Shown here: positions 26,322 to 36,808 of the stretch, piece after piece
Position numbering within the stretch: the first letter of the stretch is position 1
Layout: each line of letters starts with the position of its first letter
Sequence record: OR544954
Origin: Escherichia phage vB_EcoM_EP32a
Length of the DNA stretch: 64,000 bases
Reading direction: 5' to 3' (one strand)
Notes under the pieces: generated by a model
Told to the model about the DNA's origin: nothing
The model's database searches: none
The model's input: the letters and a program-made list of their open reading frames with translations, nothing else
Translations under genes and position numbers: made by a program

Positions 26322-27269
26322 TTATGCTAAACGAACGATATAGTTAAAAGCAACGTTTTTAACTGTGTTTTCTGTATTTCCTGTGGCATTTACAGTTATT
26401 GTGTGTCCATGGGAACCAATTGCAACAGTATGAGAATGAGCACCAATACCTACCGAATGGGTATGAGCGCCAATACCCACAGTATGAGCATGGTTACCCG
26501 TAGCGCTAGTAGTTCCTGACCAACTATGGGTGTGGGCACCGTCTGAAGAAGTTTTGGCCATATTCGACGATGCAGTAGCACCGTTCACGGTTCCAGTGAA
26601 TTTAGCGTCGGCGTTTGCACCTACACTATTATATCCGTCATAGAATATGTTATTGGATATGTCGGCTCGTACCTGAGGACCTGAACGCGCGTGTTGGTGA
26701 GCTCCTGCGGAACTAGTATTACCACTCACTGTATGGTTATGGTTGCCAGTGGTATTACTGGTCTTAGTACCATAATCAAAGCTTGAAGTCGTTTTGCTAC
26801 CGTAATCAAAACTAGACGTGGTCTTAGTACCCAAATCTGTGTTTGATGCACTTGCACTATGGCTATGTGACTTAACACCGTCTGCTTCTGTACTTAATAC
26901 AGCACGCCCAGATGGTTTACCTTTAATCGTTTGCCCACGCATATCAGGCAGAGAGCCGGAAGGATACACCGCAGCTAACTTAGGATACAAGCCAGCATCA
27001 AATGTTTGACCTTCCATTATGGCATAACCTTCAGGAGGTGTATCAGTAGGCCATGGAATCGGAGCACCAATTGGGTAACTCGACACAATATCCGTCTTAA
27101 GGTTATTTATTGTGGTATTCAAGTTAGCAAAGTTGCCAGAACCACCAGTAATATTACCATCAGTACCGAATCATCTTTAGTAAAAAGAGTTCTATCTTTT
27201 AAGTTTATAGCCAATTCACCTTCGGCTAATTTTGCTTCTTTTAAATTGTATCTGTTTTAATGTAGCCAT
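26322..27269 (-). pseudogene. 37: long tail fiber distal subunit gp37 remnant (N-terminal 40 codons plus C-terminal tip; frame-disrupted)
   Basis: ATG at 27269 encodes MATLKQIQFKRSKI then stop; [19 protein letters not shown] in a second frame; C-terminal 266 aa (His-rich GxHxH tip) back in ATG frame after four stops; about 2.1 kb shorter than T4 gene 37. Confidence 0.6.
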
Positions 27270-27277
27270 AAGTCCTC

Positions 27278-27943
27278 TTAATAATAGCCGAAATCTTGAA
27301 CAGAATCTTTAATTACAATCTGGTCGAAACGAGGAACATGATTAGCCTCAGACGCCGGATTCTGTGAGAAAAAGTTTGGTGCAGTTAAGTTACCTGTCAT
27401 GGTATCGCCTTTACGCAATACACGGGAATTTGCGTTATCCGTAACAATATTTATTCGTCCATCAACATAATCTTTTCTTGTGAGATCATTTGCTGCAACC
27501 GGAGCAGTCATATCGCTTCTTACTTGTCCTGAAGCAGATACAACGCCCTTTGTATTAATATCGCCATTACGTGTATTGATTACTACAGTTCTACCCGCTG
27601 TTCCTTGTGATGATTTAAAACCAATACCATACCACGAAACAATATCAATATTTGCTGTAACAAAAGTAGCTGCATCTCCATTACCAGGATAAATACCAGA
27701 TTGATTTGTATTGTTTATAGCATATGGTATTTGCACGCCGTTATTAAATGTTACCTTTGATGCATACGTACCACCATTAGCTTTAGAAACGAAATCGTTA
27801 TCAGCAGCTTGTGGTTTATTATATTCTGAATAGAGTTTAAACGTTTTATACAGGACGTCATCACCTGCTGGCATTAAAGGGAAATTACCTTGGTGCCATA
27901 TAACAGCACCGCCAGTTGTACTACCAGCTTTTAAATCGGCCAT
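27278..27943 (-). CDS. 36: long tail fiber hinge connector gp36
   Basis: 221 aa; near-identical to recalled T4 gp36 (MADLKAGSTTGG...VIKDSVQDFGYY). Confidence 0.9.
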   Translation of the reverse strand: MADLKAGSTTGGAVIWHQGNFPLMPAGDDVLYKTFKLYSEYNKPQAADNDFVSKANGGTYASKVTFNNGVQIPYAINNTNQSGIYPGNGDAATFVTANIDIVSWYGIGFKSSQGTAGRTVVINTRNGDINTKGVVSASGQVRSDMTAPVAANDLTRKDYVDGRINIVTDNANSRVLRKGDTMTGNLTAPNFFSQNPASEANHVPRFDQIVIKDSVQDFGYY

Positions 27944-27967
27944 AGTTGTCTCCTTATATGTATACCA

Positions 27968-27975
27968 TATTTATA
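27968..27975 (-). promoter_or_regulatory. late promoter TATAAATA upstream of gene 36
   Basis: TATAAATA on minus strand 25 nt upstream of gp36 ATG. Confidence 0.55.
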
Positions 27976-28000
27976 CAAAAATGGGAGACCGAAGTCTCCC
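27976..28000 (-). terminator. intrinsic terminator between genes 35 and 36
   Basis: GGGAGAC-TTCG-GTCTCCC followed by ATTTTTG on minus strand. Confidence 0.6.
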
Positions 28001-28005
28001 TAAAT

Positions 28006-29133
28006 TTATTCTGATGCTTCTTTAAATTCTTGTCCAAATACCTTACCTGTATCAGTTGAAGATTGAGTAGGTAATGTCATTATGTCTGGGGCACTTAAAG
28101 ATTCCGAAACATAATTTACACGAATACCATTTACACCAAACTCAGCAGGTTTTGAAACGCTTCCATTACATGATACTTCAGTGAATATAATGTTTCTTAA
28201 TCCACCTTGCCCGACTGGAGCTGTACGATAACAATAAATCGTGAACCCGTCAGCACCAGCAGGAATTTCTATGTAGTCTTCATATATCTTCCATTCACCT
28301 GCAGCCCCATCAAAGTTTGTATCCTTAAATGAAATAGGTGAAGTAGAAGGAGATTTAAAGAAACGAATAGAAAGTCGTGTCGTCCCTTGTGCTAACAAAT
28401 CGGCGTCAGCCATTAGTTGGAATTTCATATAAAGGAAATCTCCAGGCTTCAATTTATACCCGGCGAGAGGTGTAATAAGGGATGTTGTAGGCATCCTTTT
28501 AATTTCATTATTAGTACCTCCAATGGCAGATAAAAATGTGTCTGTCGATTCATACGTACGACTAGGGAAGCCCGTAGCACCAATATCGTCGATCGTGTCA
28601 TACACAACATCAAGTGGTGTACTATAGTCGGTTGAAGTTTTCTTATTACTATACTTAATATGTTCTAGTGCTATAGCATTCTTACCAGAAATATAAAATG
28701 CTGAATAAGAAAGGTCCACTATATTTAAAACTTGTTGAGCTAATGGAATAGCAGAACTTCCGGCTTTATTAAACCATGTAAGAACTTCGGGTGGAAAGTT
28801 TGTTTTAGCGTTAGTAACAAGAGCAAATATAAAATTTGAAGCATATGTGTCCATGAAAGTAACAAATGCACTTGACGTGGCGTCGTTTTCAGTAGAGAAA
28901 TTATATGACTTAGATTCAACTACTGCACCTGTTGTAGGATTTATTACACGAACGTTTAATCCAACGGAAAAAACCTGGGACCCGAGTGGATTATCCTGGA
29001 ACTTAATATAAGCAGGAGATGTTGATAGCGGACAAGAGCCCGCTATGCTTAATTTAAATCGTACTGAATTGCTTTCCGATAAAAACGGCGTTTGGACGTA
29101 TCCTTGTCCAAACTTAGCCATAAATTTTTCCAT
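28006..29133 (-). CDS. 35: long tail fiber proximal connector gp35
   Basis: 375 aa; size and synteny between gp34 and gp36. Confidence 0.8.
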   Translation of the reverse strand: MEKFMAKFGQGYVQTPFLSESNSVRFKLSIAGSCPLSTSPAYIKFQDNPLGSQVFSVGLNVRVINPTTGAVVESKSYNFSTENDATSSAFVTFMDTYASNFIFALVTNAKTNFPPEVLTWFNKAGSSAIPLAQQVLNIVDLSYSAFYISGKNAIALEHIKYSNKKTSTDYSTPLDVVYDTIDDIGATGFPSRTYESTDTFLSAIGGTNNEIKRMPTTSLITPLAGYKLKPGDFLYMKFQLMADADLLAQGTTRLSIRFFKSPSTSPISFKDTNFDGAAGEWKIYEDYIEIPAGADGFTIYCYRTAPVGQGGLRNIIFTEVSCNGSVSKPAEFGVNGIRVNYVSESLSAPDIMTLPTQSSTDTGKVFGQEFKEASE

Positions 29134-29141
29134 AATACCTC

Positions 29142-32100
29142 TTATTCAATCCACTCGAATTTAACAGATTTATTCACAGGGTCTGGAATAATGCGGACGT
29201 TACCAATCCTTAAGAAATCCCTTATCGTCAAGTTTCCGATTGTTGCATTATCAGAAGGTAAAGCACCAATATCAGAAGGTTGAGGAGGGTTTCCACCATC
29301 AAATACTTGAACAAAACTTGACCAAGAATTTTTAGTTTTCTGCCATGTACGAGTCCAGCGAGTGGTACGCGCTTCCGGTGTCGTTGGATAAGTAATCCAA
29401 TCTTGGTAAAGTGAATCAAGTGTGTTACCAAACTGAGTCAATGTACCAGGAGATTTAACTTCTTCACCACGTTCTAAATATGGAAGCCCAGTCACTTCAT
29501 TAGTTTTTTCAACCATTTTAAAATAACCTGGGAACTGGTTATAAGTGGCTGAATCGTTAATATCGATTGACCAGAATCCGACTGTATCAGATGTTGGTGC
29601 ACGGGTATATAAATCAGACGTTTTAGTACCCTGAGAACGAATTCTCGAGTTAACAGTCAAACCATCTGAATTTATAGTAGCACCTTTGGCAATGATTAAG
29701 CCTTCACCAATTGTAATCTGACCGGATTGGTTATTAATTGATAATGGACGTAATCCATTAAATCCACCAGTCTGATCACCTGATGCAGTAAGCATAAAAT
29801 ATGTGCTGCCTCCATCATTGCGAATAAAGAATCCGTAATCACCACTAATTGCTCTGAAAGCATTTGCAGACTTGCTAATGAATTCACCATTGGCTGTAAC
29901 TGAACGACCAAATGTTGCAACACCATTCGCATTTAACGTGCCTGAAGCGTTAACATTTATTGGCATCACAGTACCATTAATGCTAAACGCTATATTCCCA
30001 TCTTTATTACGTTGAGAATAAAAATGATTAGACGTTTCATCACCAACTTCAAATACAGTAGAACGTGTTGTATCTGATCCGCCACCAAACTGATTTCCCC
30101 AAACTCTGATAGTCATCGTCTGTGCTGGGTTAGTTCCAGTCTGAGGTCCTTTTTCAAAAATCAGTCGAGTAGCTGTTCCCGTATTAGAAATAGTTAATGT
30201 ACTATTTGCCGAAACTGAACCACCAAACGTAGCAGTACTAGATGATACAAGAGGGGCACTCAGATTCGTTTGTTGAGTTAATGTTAGTGAACCATTAACC
30301 GTCTGTGCAATGTCCCTACGAATGAACTGAGATGAATCTAGGCCATCTAATAAATTACTATCTACGGCTTTAGCTTTCAATGGCAAATAGTTAGCTAGTA
30401 CACGGTTTAATTCATATGGGGATATAGCATAGCTATTTTTCTCATATGATTCTAAAGGTTGTGTTGAACCAACTGTATCATTACCAACAAATGTAATAGA
30501 ACCGGATGAAGTTTTAACGAATCCACGAATCGCCGTAGTAGCAGCCCATGTCGGTTCGTTCTGGACAATCCATTTTAAATTCTTAGGAGATACAGCAGTA
30601 TTAGCAGAAGTTCCTATTACAGTTTCAGCCCGAGTAGCAACCTTAATTACGCCTTCAGACGTTTCAGTGGACTTAGTCCCTAAAAGCTTTTTAGGAGTAA
30701 TAAGAACATCATCTAAAGTTCCTGCATTAGATTCTGCCTGGGTCGCTACGCGAAGTGTACCACGCTGTGTTTCATTTGCTTTAGAAATATCAAGAGTATA
30801 ATGGTTCCACAAGGTTCCTTCTTCAATAAGTCCGGAATCAGAATTAACACTGGTACGGTCAGAAGAATCAAAATGAGTTTTAATTTTCAGTGGAGTCGAG
30901 ATACGAGTATCATCAGTTCCAGTATCAAATTCAACTTGCGTAGCAAGTTCGGCTATGCCGGATAATCCTTCCGTAGCTTTCCTATCATTTAACGTCTTAG
31001 GCGTTACTGCACGTGTATAATCAGTCCCAGCATTAGTTTCTGTTTGCGTAGCAATTTCAATTAAACCAATACGTCCATCGGTAGAAGTTTTCTTATGTAG
31101 TGTTTCAGGAGTTACTACAGCGTGAGAATAACCTGCTTGAGATTGTCCAGCAATTACTTCACTATCAACAGCTAAAATTACTGCACCTTGTTGAGCATAA
31201 GTTGCTTTATATTGGTCAAGGGCTTTAGGAGAAATAGTTAAATTATTTACGGTTTTATTATAAACGTTAGTGCCTGCGGCCCCACGAGTTTCAGCAGGAG
31301 TAGCAGAAGTAGTTGATACATATTTAACTATACCAGATAGTGTTTCAGAACCCTGACGTGCCTGCAATTTCTTAGGTGTAATAATCGTTGTGTCATCAAG
31401 ACCAGCATCAGTTTCAGCCTGAGTAGCAATTTCAGCAAGACCACGACGAGTTTCAGTTGCTGTACGCTCATTTAGTTTTTTAGGCGTAACAATAGTATCG
31501 TCCACAAATGTTGCTGTGGAATTCTGGTTAACTTGCGCTGTTGTAGCAATTTTGGCGATACCACGTCGAGATTCAGTTGCTGTACGATTTGCCAACGTTT
31601 CAGGAGTAATAGCAACTTCTTTAGCTGGAGTATTCTCTAAATCAACATTTGCTTGCGCTTGAGTAGCAAGAGCAATAACACCTACACGAGCTCGTGTAGC
31701 ATCAGTTCCAGCATCAACACGTTCTACCGTAGGGACATTCTGTTGCACAACCCAATAACGTGTACCAGCAACGGTGTCTTCGATATACGCTAATTCTAAT
31801 ACAGGAACATATGAAGTAGTGCCATTGAATTCTAGTTCAGTAACAGAGACCCATTGAGCATCAGGTGGATATTCAGAACGTTTAGGGAACTGAAGCAATG
31901 CAACAGAAGAAGCAATTGTATCACCTTCGGCAGCTTTAATTTTTACTGTTTGGCCTTTACGCATGTAGTTCATTGAAATTTTAACAGTGTCACCACTCAA
32001 AATTCCGGAAGGCAGCGTAAGATTAATAGTTCCGGCTGTAGCGTTATTTGTGCCAAAAATAAGAACTTCTTCATTTGGACGAATATTTGAATCCGCACGG

Positions 32101-33017
32101 ATAATACGAAGACGCGATTTCTGGTCGCCTTCCCATATACGCCATAAACTATTTGAAGCATCAAAAACAAAAAACGCGTCAGAGTCATTTCTGCCTTCGG
32201 CAATATGAGTCCCGACTTCACCAATAGACGTTGTATCATCAAATGTTTTAACAATTGTATGATACAGTGGGTTTAATTTATCTAAATCGACTAGGGTGAT
32301 TATATCGCCATTGTTAGCATTACGTGGAAGTGTAATGTTGATTGGTGCTGCACTAGTAAAACGACGAACGATAAAATCATTTGCTTGTGCTTGATATGGT
32401 GTCGCAGGTGTAACAGTGATTGATTCTTTACCATAATCAGTAATATACATCTGCCACAAACGATTACTAAACACAAACAATAGTTGTGAACGTGGACGCG
32501 TCATTAAAACTGTACGAACTTGTTCACCTCTAAAGTTTAAAATACTTTGCACAGACGCGTTAATCTGTACTTTAACTGTCCCGGTTCTTCCACCAATATC
32601 AGCCAAAACAACAGTATCACCATCAACCGGCGTATTTGGCAATGTGAAAACCATATCATTGCCGGCACCAGTGTTAACCGAAATCGATTCGCCTGAAGAA
32701 AGTTGATAAGTCCCAGAAGCGACAGTTATCCATTGTGCATCAGTACGAACTGCACGCCATTGTAAAAGGTTAAATGCCCCGGAAGGAGACACGATATCAT
32801 TTATTGCTTGATATAAACGGTTGTCATAAAGAACAACAAATCCTTTGTTATATCCACGCGTAGAATCATATACTTGAACGGTGTTTTCTTGTACCAGGAA
32901 GTCAACGTTTACGCCATCAGTACCTACTGTACGGTCGGCTAATGCTACGTTAACAATCTTGTCGCCACCGGCGTCCAGACCGTCTTCGGCTCTGAACTTA
33001 CGTTTGATGTCGGCCAT
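29142..33017 (-). CDS. 34: long tail fiber proximal subunit gp34
   Basis: 1291 aa; N- and C-termini match recalled T4 gp34; internal repeated xTATETRRG segments. Confidence 0.9.
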   Translation of the reverse strand: MADIKRKFRAEDGLDAGGDKIVNVALADRTVGTDGVNVDFLVQENTVQVYDSTRGYNKGFVVLYDNRLYQAINDIVSPSGAFNLLQWRAVRTDAQWITVASGTYQLSSGESISVNTGAGNDMVFTLPNTPVDGDTVVLADIGGRTGTVKVQINASVQSILNFRGEQVRTVLMTRPRSQLLFVFSNRLWQMYITDYGKESITVTPATPYQAQANDFIVRRFTSAAPINITLPRNANNGDIITLVDLDKLNPLYHTIVKTFDDTTSIGEVGTHIAEGRNDSDAFFVFDASNSLWRIWEGDQKSRLRIIRADSNIRPNEEVLIFGTNNATAGTINLTLPSGILSGDTVKISMNYMRKGQTVKIKAAEGDTIASSVALLQFPKRSEYPPDAQWVSVTELEFNGTTSYVPVLELAYIEDTVAGTRYWVVQQNVPTVERVDAGTDATRARVGVIALATQAQANVDLENTPAKEVAITPETLANRTATESRRGIAKIATTAQVNQNSTATFVDDTIVTPKKLNERTATETRRGLAEIATQAETDAGLDDTTIITPKKLQARQGSETLSGIVKYVSTTSATPAETRGAAGTNVYNKTVNNLTISPKALDQYKATYAQQGAVILAVDSEVIAGQSQAGYSHAVVTPETLHKKTSTDGRIGLIEIATQTETNAGTDYTRAVTPKTLNDRKATEGLSGIAELATQVEFDTGTDDTRISTPLKIKTHFDSSDRTSVNSDSGLIEEGTLWNHYTLDISKANETQRGTLRVATQAESNAGTLDDVLITPKKLLGTKSTETSEGVIKVATRAETVIGTSANTAVSPKNLKWIVQNEPTWAATTAIRGFVKTSSGSITFVGNDTVGSTQPLESYEKNSYAISPYELNRVLANYLPLKAKAVDSNLLDGLDSSQFIRRDIAQTVNGSLTLTQQTNLSAPLVSSSTATFGGSVSANSTLTISNTGTATRLIFEKGPQTGTNPAQTMTIRVWGNQFGGGSDTTRSTVFEVGDETSNHFYSQRNKDGNIAFSINGTVMPINVNASGTLNANGVATFGRSVTANGEFISKSANAFRAISGDYGFFIRNDGGSTYFMLTASGDQTGGFNGLRPLSINNQSGQITIGEGLIIAKGATINSDGLTVNSRIRSQGTKTSDLYTRAPTSDTVGFWSIDINDSATYNQFPGYFKMVEKTNEVTGLPYLERGEEVKSPGTLTQFGNTLDSLYQDWITYPTTPEARTTRWTRTWQKTKNSWSSFVQVFDGGNPPQPSDIGALPSDNATIGNLTIRDFLRIGNVRIIPDPVNKSVKFEWIE

Positions 33018-33047
33018 TCGTTTTTCCTTTATTGTTTCAATAATACT

Positions 33048-33055
33048 TATTTATA
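33048..33055 (-). promoter_or_regulatory. late promoter TATAAATA upstream of gene 34
   Basis: TATAAATA on minus strand 31 nt upstream of gp34 ATG; SD AAAGGAAAAA. Confidence 0.6.
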
Positions 33056-33058
33056 CCA

Positions 33059-33088
33059 GTTTACGCTTTCAAATGAGTATGTTACTAT
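33059..33088 (+). promoter_or_regulatory. T4-type early promoter (GTTTAC-N18-TACTAT) for rnh, divergent from the gene 34 late promoter
   Basis: -35/-10 pair 33 nt upstream of rnh ATG. Confidence 0.5.
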
Positions 33089-33120
33089 AGACAAGTTGAC
33101 TAACTGAACAAGAGGTTCAT

Positions 33121-34038
33121 ATGGATTTAGAAATGATGTTGGATGAAGATTACAAAGAAGGTATTGCACTTGCCGACTTTAGTAACATTGCATTGGCAGC
33201 TGCATTAAACAACTTTGAAGACGGCGATAAAATTACTGTTCCGATGGTTCGTCATGTAATCTTGAATTCAATTCGTAAAAACGTAGTGATGTTCCGTAAG
33301 CAAGGCTATACAAAATTTGTATTGTGTATGGATAATGCTACTTCAGGTTATTGGCGTCGTGACTTTGCTTACTATTACAAGAAAAATCGTAAAACCGATC
33401 GTGAAGCTTCAAAGTGGGATTGGGAAGGATATTTTACTGCACTCCATCAAGTTGTTGATGAGATTAAGAAATACATGCCATACGTCGTAATGGATATTGA
33501 CAAGTATGAAGCGGATGACCATATCGGTGTATTAACTAAATATTTGTCATTAGCCGGTCATAAGGTATGTATTGTTGCATCAGATGGTGACTTTACACAA
33601 TTACACAAATATCCTAACGTTAAACAGTGGTCGCCACCACAGAAAAAATGGGTTAAAATTAAGAACGGTTCTGCTGAAATTGATTGCATGACTAAAATTC
33701 TTAAAGGTGACCGTAAAGATGGCGTTGCATCTGTTCGAGTTCGTGGTGACTTCTGGTTTACTCGAGTTGATGGTGAACGAACTCCAAGCATGAAAACATC
33801 AATTATTGAAGCAATTGCCAATGACCGTTCTCAAGCTGAAGTATTATTAAGTGCAGAAGAATATAAACGGTATCAAGAAAATTTGGTTCTCATTGACTTC
33901 GATTATATCCCTGATAATATTGCTTCAACCATTATAGAATATTATAACTCATATAAACCACAACCTAAAGGCAAGATTTATTCATACTTTGTAAAATCTG
34001 GTCTTTCTAAATTAACAAGTGTAATTAATGAATTCTGA
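33121..34038 (+). CDS. rnh: RNase H (5'-3' exonuclease, FEN family)
   Basis: 305 aa; size and synteny identical to T4 rnh. Confidence 0.85.
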   Translation: MDLEMMLDEDYKEGIALADFSNIALAAALNNFEDGDKITVPMVRHVILNSIRKNVVMFRKQGYTKFVLCMDNATSGYWRRDFAYYYKKNRKTDREASKWDWEGYFTALHQVVDEIKKYMPYVVMDIDKYEADDHIGVLTKYLSLAGHKVCIVASDGDFTQLHKYPNVKQWSPPQKKWVKIKNGSAEIDCMTKILKGDRKDGVASVRVRGDFWFTRVDGERTPSMKTSIIEAIANDRSQAEVLLSAEEYKRYQENLVLIDFDYIPDNIASTIIEYYNSYKPQPKGKIYSYFVKSGLSKLTSVINEF

Positions 34039-34045
34039 GGTAAAC

Positions 34046-34315
34046 ATGGCTAAGAAAGAAGCAGTTGAATTTAATCAAGATGTGCATGGTGAAGAACTGG
34101 CTAAACTAGTCAAAGAAGCTTCCGATAACAAACTTAAAATTTCTGGTTATAATGAACTGATTAAAGACATTCGTACTCGTGCTAAAGAAGAGCTTGGCGT
34201 CGATGGAAAAATGTTTAATCGTTTGTTAGCTCTTTATCATAAAGACGCTCGTGACCAATTTGAAGCTGAAAACGAAGAGGTAGTCGAGCTTTATGACACA
34301 GTTTTCACTAAGTGA
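34046..34315 (+). CDS. dsbA: dsDNA-binding protein DsbA
   Basis: 89 aa from ATG 34046; synteny rnh-dsbA-33-59-32. Confidence 0.7.
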   Translation: MAKKEAVEFNQDVHGEELAKLVKEASDNKLKISGYNELIKDIRTRAKEELGVDGKMFNRLLALYHKDARDQFEAENEEVVELYDTVFTK

Positions 34316-34631
34316 TATTAAACCGGTTGATGAGACCGGTTTATCTGAACAAGAATTAGCAGTAAAACACGATAAAGATGATATCGCTAAATTGCTTGAC
34401 CGACAAGAAAACGGATTCATTATCGAATCCATGGTTGAACAATTTGGTATGTCTTATTTAGAAGCAACAACTGCTTTTTTGGAAGAAAATTCTATTCCAG
34501 AAACACAATTTGCTAAATTTATTCCTACAGGAATTGTTGAAAAAATTACAAGCGAAGCAATTGACGAAAACATGCTTCGCCCATCAGTTGCTCGTGGTGA
34601 AAAAACTAATACGTTAGATTTCTTATTATGA
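34293..34631 (+). CDS. 33: late transcription co-activator gp33
   Basis: 112 aa, acidic; size and synteny as T4 gp33. Confidence 0.75.
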   Translation: MTQFSLSDIKPVDETGLSEQELAVKHDKDDIAKLLDRQENGFIIESMVEQFGMSYLEATTAFLEENSIPETQFAKFIPTGIVEKITSEAIDENMLRPSVARGEKTNTLDFLL

Positions 34632-35281
34632 TTAAAATACGCATGCCTCCTGACGGAGAACGTTATATTAACGGAAAATCGGTATACAAACTATACTTGA
34701 TGTGCAAACAACATTTTAATGGTCGGTATGACGTAATCAAATATAACTGGTGCATGCGTGTTTCGGATAATGCGTATCAAAAACGCCGAGATAAATATTT
34801 CTTTGAAAAACTAGCAGAGAAATATAAATTGAAGGAACTCACCTTGATATTCATAAGCAACTTAGTTGCTAACCAAGACGCATGGATTGGTGAGATATCA
34901 GACGCTGATGCATTAGTTTTCTATAGGGAATATATTGGACGTCTCAAACAAGCCAAGGAGACGTTTGCTGAAGATGTACGTAACATCTACTATTTCAGTA
35001 AGAAAGTTGAAGTTAACGCGCTTCAAGAGATATTTGATTATAATAATAAAGTTCAGTCGAGCTACATATTTAAACTGCTACAAAGCAATGTAATTTCATT
35101 TGAAACCTTCTTGTTGTTAGATTCATTTTTGAATATTATAGATAAGCACGACGAACTCACCGATAACTTAGTCTGGCAAAATTATTCTACCAAATTAAAG
35201 GCATATCGAAAAATACTTCAAATCGATGGAAATGCTGCTAAGAAATTGTTCATAGAAACAATCAAATCATGTAAGTATTAA
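34628..35281 (+). CDS. 59: helicase loader gp59
   Basis: 217 aa; synteny immediately upstream of gene 32. Confidence 0.8.
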   Translation: MIKIRMPPDGERYINGKSVYKLYLMCKQHFNGRYDVIKYNWCMRVSDNAYQKRRDKYFFEKLAEKYKLKELTLIFISNLVANQDAWIGEISDADALVFYREYIGRLKQAKETFAEDVRNIYYFSKKVEVNALQEIFDYNNKVQSSYIFKLLQSNVISFETFLLLDSFLNIIDKHDELTDNLVWQNYSTKLKAYRKILQIDGNAAKKLFIETIKSCKY

Positions 35282-35310
35282 GCTTTATTTCTTGTGTGTT
35301 AAAATTACTT

Positions 35311-35318
35311 TATAAATA
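35311..35318 (+). promoter_or_regulatory. late promoter TATAAATA upstream of gene 32
   Basis: Exact TATAAATA in the 59-32 intergenic region. Confidence 0.5.
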
Positions 35319-35328
35319 AATCATACCA

Positions 35329-35399
35329 GCTACGAGGTATAAGTGTCGTAGCAACCAACTGTAAATAAATTAAATAATCTAAATAAAAGGTAATAATCC
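35329..35399 (+). promoter_or_regulatory. gene 32 translational operator (hairpin plus A/U-rich unstructured leader)
   Basis: GCTACGA...TCGTAGC hairpin followed by AAUAAAUUAAAUAAUCUAAAUAAAAGG before the ATG, as in the T4 gp32 autoregulatory site. Confidence 0.6.
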
Positions 35400-36302
35400 A
35401 TGTTTAAACGTAAATCTACTGCTGACCTCGCTGCTCAAATGGCTAAACTGAATGGTAACAAAGGTTTCTCTTCAGAAGATAAAGGCGAATGGAAGCTGAA
35501 GCTAGATGCATCCGGTAATGGTCAAGCGGTAATTCGTTTCTTGCCAGCAAAAACTGATGATGCACTACCATTTGCAATTCTTGTTAACCACGGTTTCAAG
35601 AAAAATGGTAAATGGTATATTGAAAATTGCTCTTCTACACATGGTGATTATGACTCTTGTCCTGTATGTCAGTACATTAGTAAAAATGACCTGTACAATA
35701 CCAACAAAGCTGAATATTCTCAACTGAAACGTAAAACTTCTTATTGGGCTAATATTCTGGTTGTTAAAGACCCTCAAGCTCCAGATAACGAAGGTAAAGT
35801 ATTTAAATATCGTTTCGGTAAAAAGATTTGGGACAAAATCAATGCAATGATTGCAGTTGATACCGAAATGGGCGAAACTCCAGTTGATGTTACTTGTCCG
35901 TTTGAAGGTGCCAACTTCGTTCTGAAAGCTAAGCAGGTTTCCGGTTTTAGCAACTATGACGAATCTAAGTTCTTGGGTCAATCTGAAATTCCTCGTATTA
36001 ATGACGAAGCATTCCAGAAAGAACTGTACGACCAAATGGTAGACCTTACTACTTTGACGGCTAAAGACCAGTTCAAATCATTTGAAAAATTAAATGAATC
36101 TTTCGCTAAGGTTCTTGGTACTGCCGCTCTTGGTGGTGCAGCAGCTGCCGCCGCTTCTGTTGCAGATAAAGTTGCTTCTGACCTTGACGATTTTGATAAA
36201 GACATGGAAGCCTTTAGTTCTGCAAAAACTGAAGATGACTTCATGAGCTCTACCTCATCCTCTGATGATGGCGACCTCGATGACCTGTTAGCTGGTCTAT
36301 AA
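35400..36302 (+). CDS. 32: ssDNA-binding protein gp32
   Basis: 300 aa; [23 protein letters not shown]... and acidic C-terminal tail match recalled T4 gp32. Confidence 0.95.
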   Translation: MFKRKSTADLAAQMAKLNGNKGFSSEDKGEWKLKLDASGNGQAVIRFLPAKTDDALPFAILVNHGFKKNGKWYIENCSSTHGDYDSCPVCQYISKNDLYNTNKAEYSQLKRKTSYWANILVVKDPQAPDNEGKVFKYRFGKKIWDKINAMIAVDTEMGETPVDVTCPFEGANFVLKAKQVSGFSNYDESKFLGQSEIPRINDEAFQKELYDQMVDLTTLTAKDQFKSFEKLNESFAKVLGTAALGGAAAAAASVADKVASDLDDFDKDMEAFSSAKTEDDFMSSTSSSDDGDLDDLLAGL

Positions 36303-36308
36303 TAAATT

Positions 36309-36332
36309 GGGAGACTTCGGTCTCCCTTTTGA
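36309..36332 (+). terminator. intrinsic terminator
   Basis: GGGAGAC-TTCG-GTCTCCC followed by TTTT. Confidence 0.75.
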
Positions 36333-36357
36333 GTATCTGTAAATTGCCGAAAAAGTT

Positions 36358-36386
36358 GTTTACTTCTTCCCTGGATGTGTTAGTAT
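36358..36386 (+). promoter_or_regulatory. T4-type early promoter (GTTTAC-N17-TAGTAT)
   Basis: -35/-10 pair upstream of ORF 36416; conserved CAACAACATGAGGAAA leader. Confidence 0.5.
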
Positions 36387-36415
36387 AGTCATATCAACAA
36401 CATGAGGAAATCAAA

Positions 36416-36808
36416 ATGGAAATCGGAAAATCTTATATCATTAACCCTTTATTTAAAGACGACTTTGTTCAAGAAGCACCACATAATAACGCTAAGATGT
36501 TAAAACTGATTGAACTCCACGGGCCTAGTTTTGTTGTAAACGGAATGGAACCTGATTATGATAGCGATACGTCAAACGTAGTAAGTGTAACTATGGAAGA
36601 TGGTACTGTATGTTCTGCCGGTGGTGGAATTGAAACTTATTTTGAGATTTATCCTGACGAGTTCAAATACTTTACTGAGGTAGATTTAGTAAAGCCTCAA
36701 CCTACTAACGAAGGTATAACTTTAGGTGTAACAAAAATCCATTGTATCGTAGATGAAACCAACGTCGACGAAATCATCGAACTTTTGCAAAAAACTTTTA
36801 AAAAGTAG
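36416..36808 (+). CDS. hypothetical protein (130 aa)
   Basis: ORF behind a promoter cassette. Confidence 0.5.
   Translation: MEIGKSYIINPLFKDDFVQEAPHNNAKMLKLIELHGPSFVVNGMEPDYDSDTSNVVSVTMEDGTVCSAGGGIETYFEIYPDEFKYFTEVDLVKPQPTNEGITLGVTKIHCIVDETNVDEIIELLQKTFKK

Noticed and set aside
27100-27269. Programmed translational bypass or recoding (as in T4 gene 60) to explain the gene 37 frame changes
   Set aside because: There are no matched take-off/landing codons, and four stops lie in the frame that would have to be read; deletion or mis-assembly is the simpler explanation
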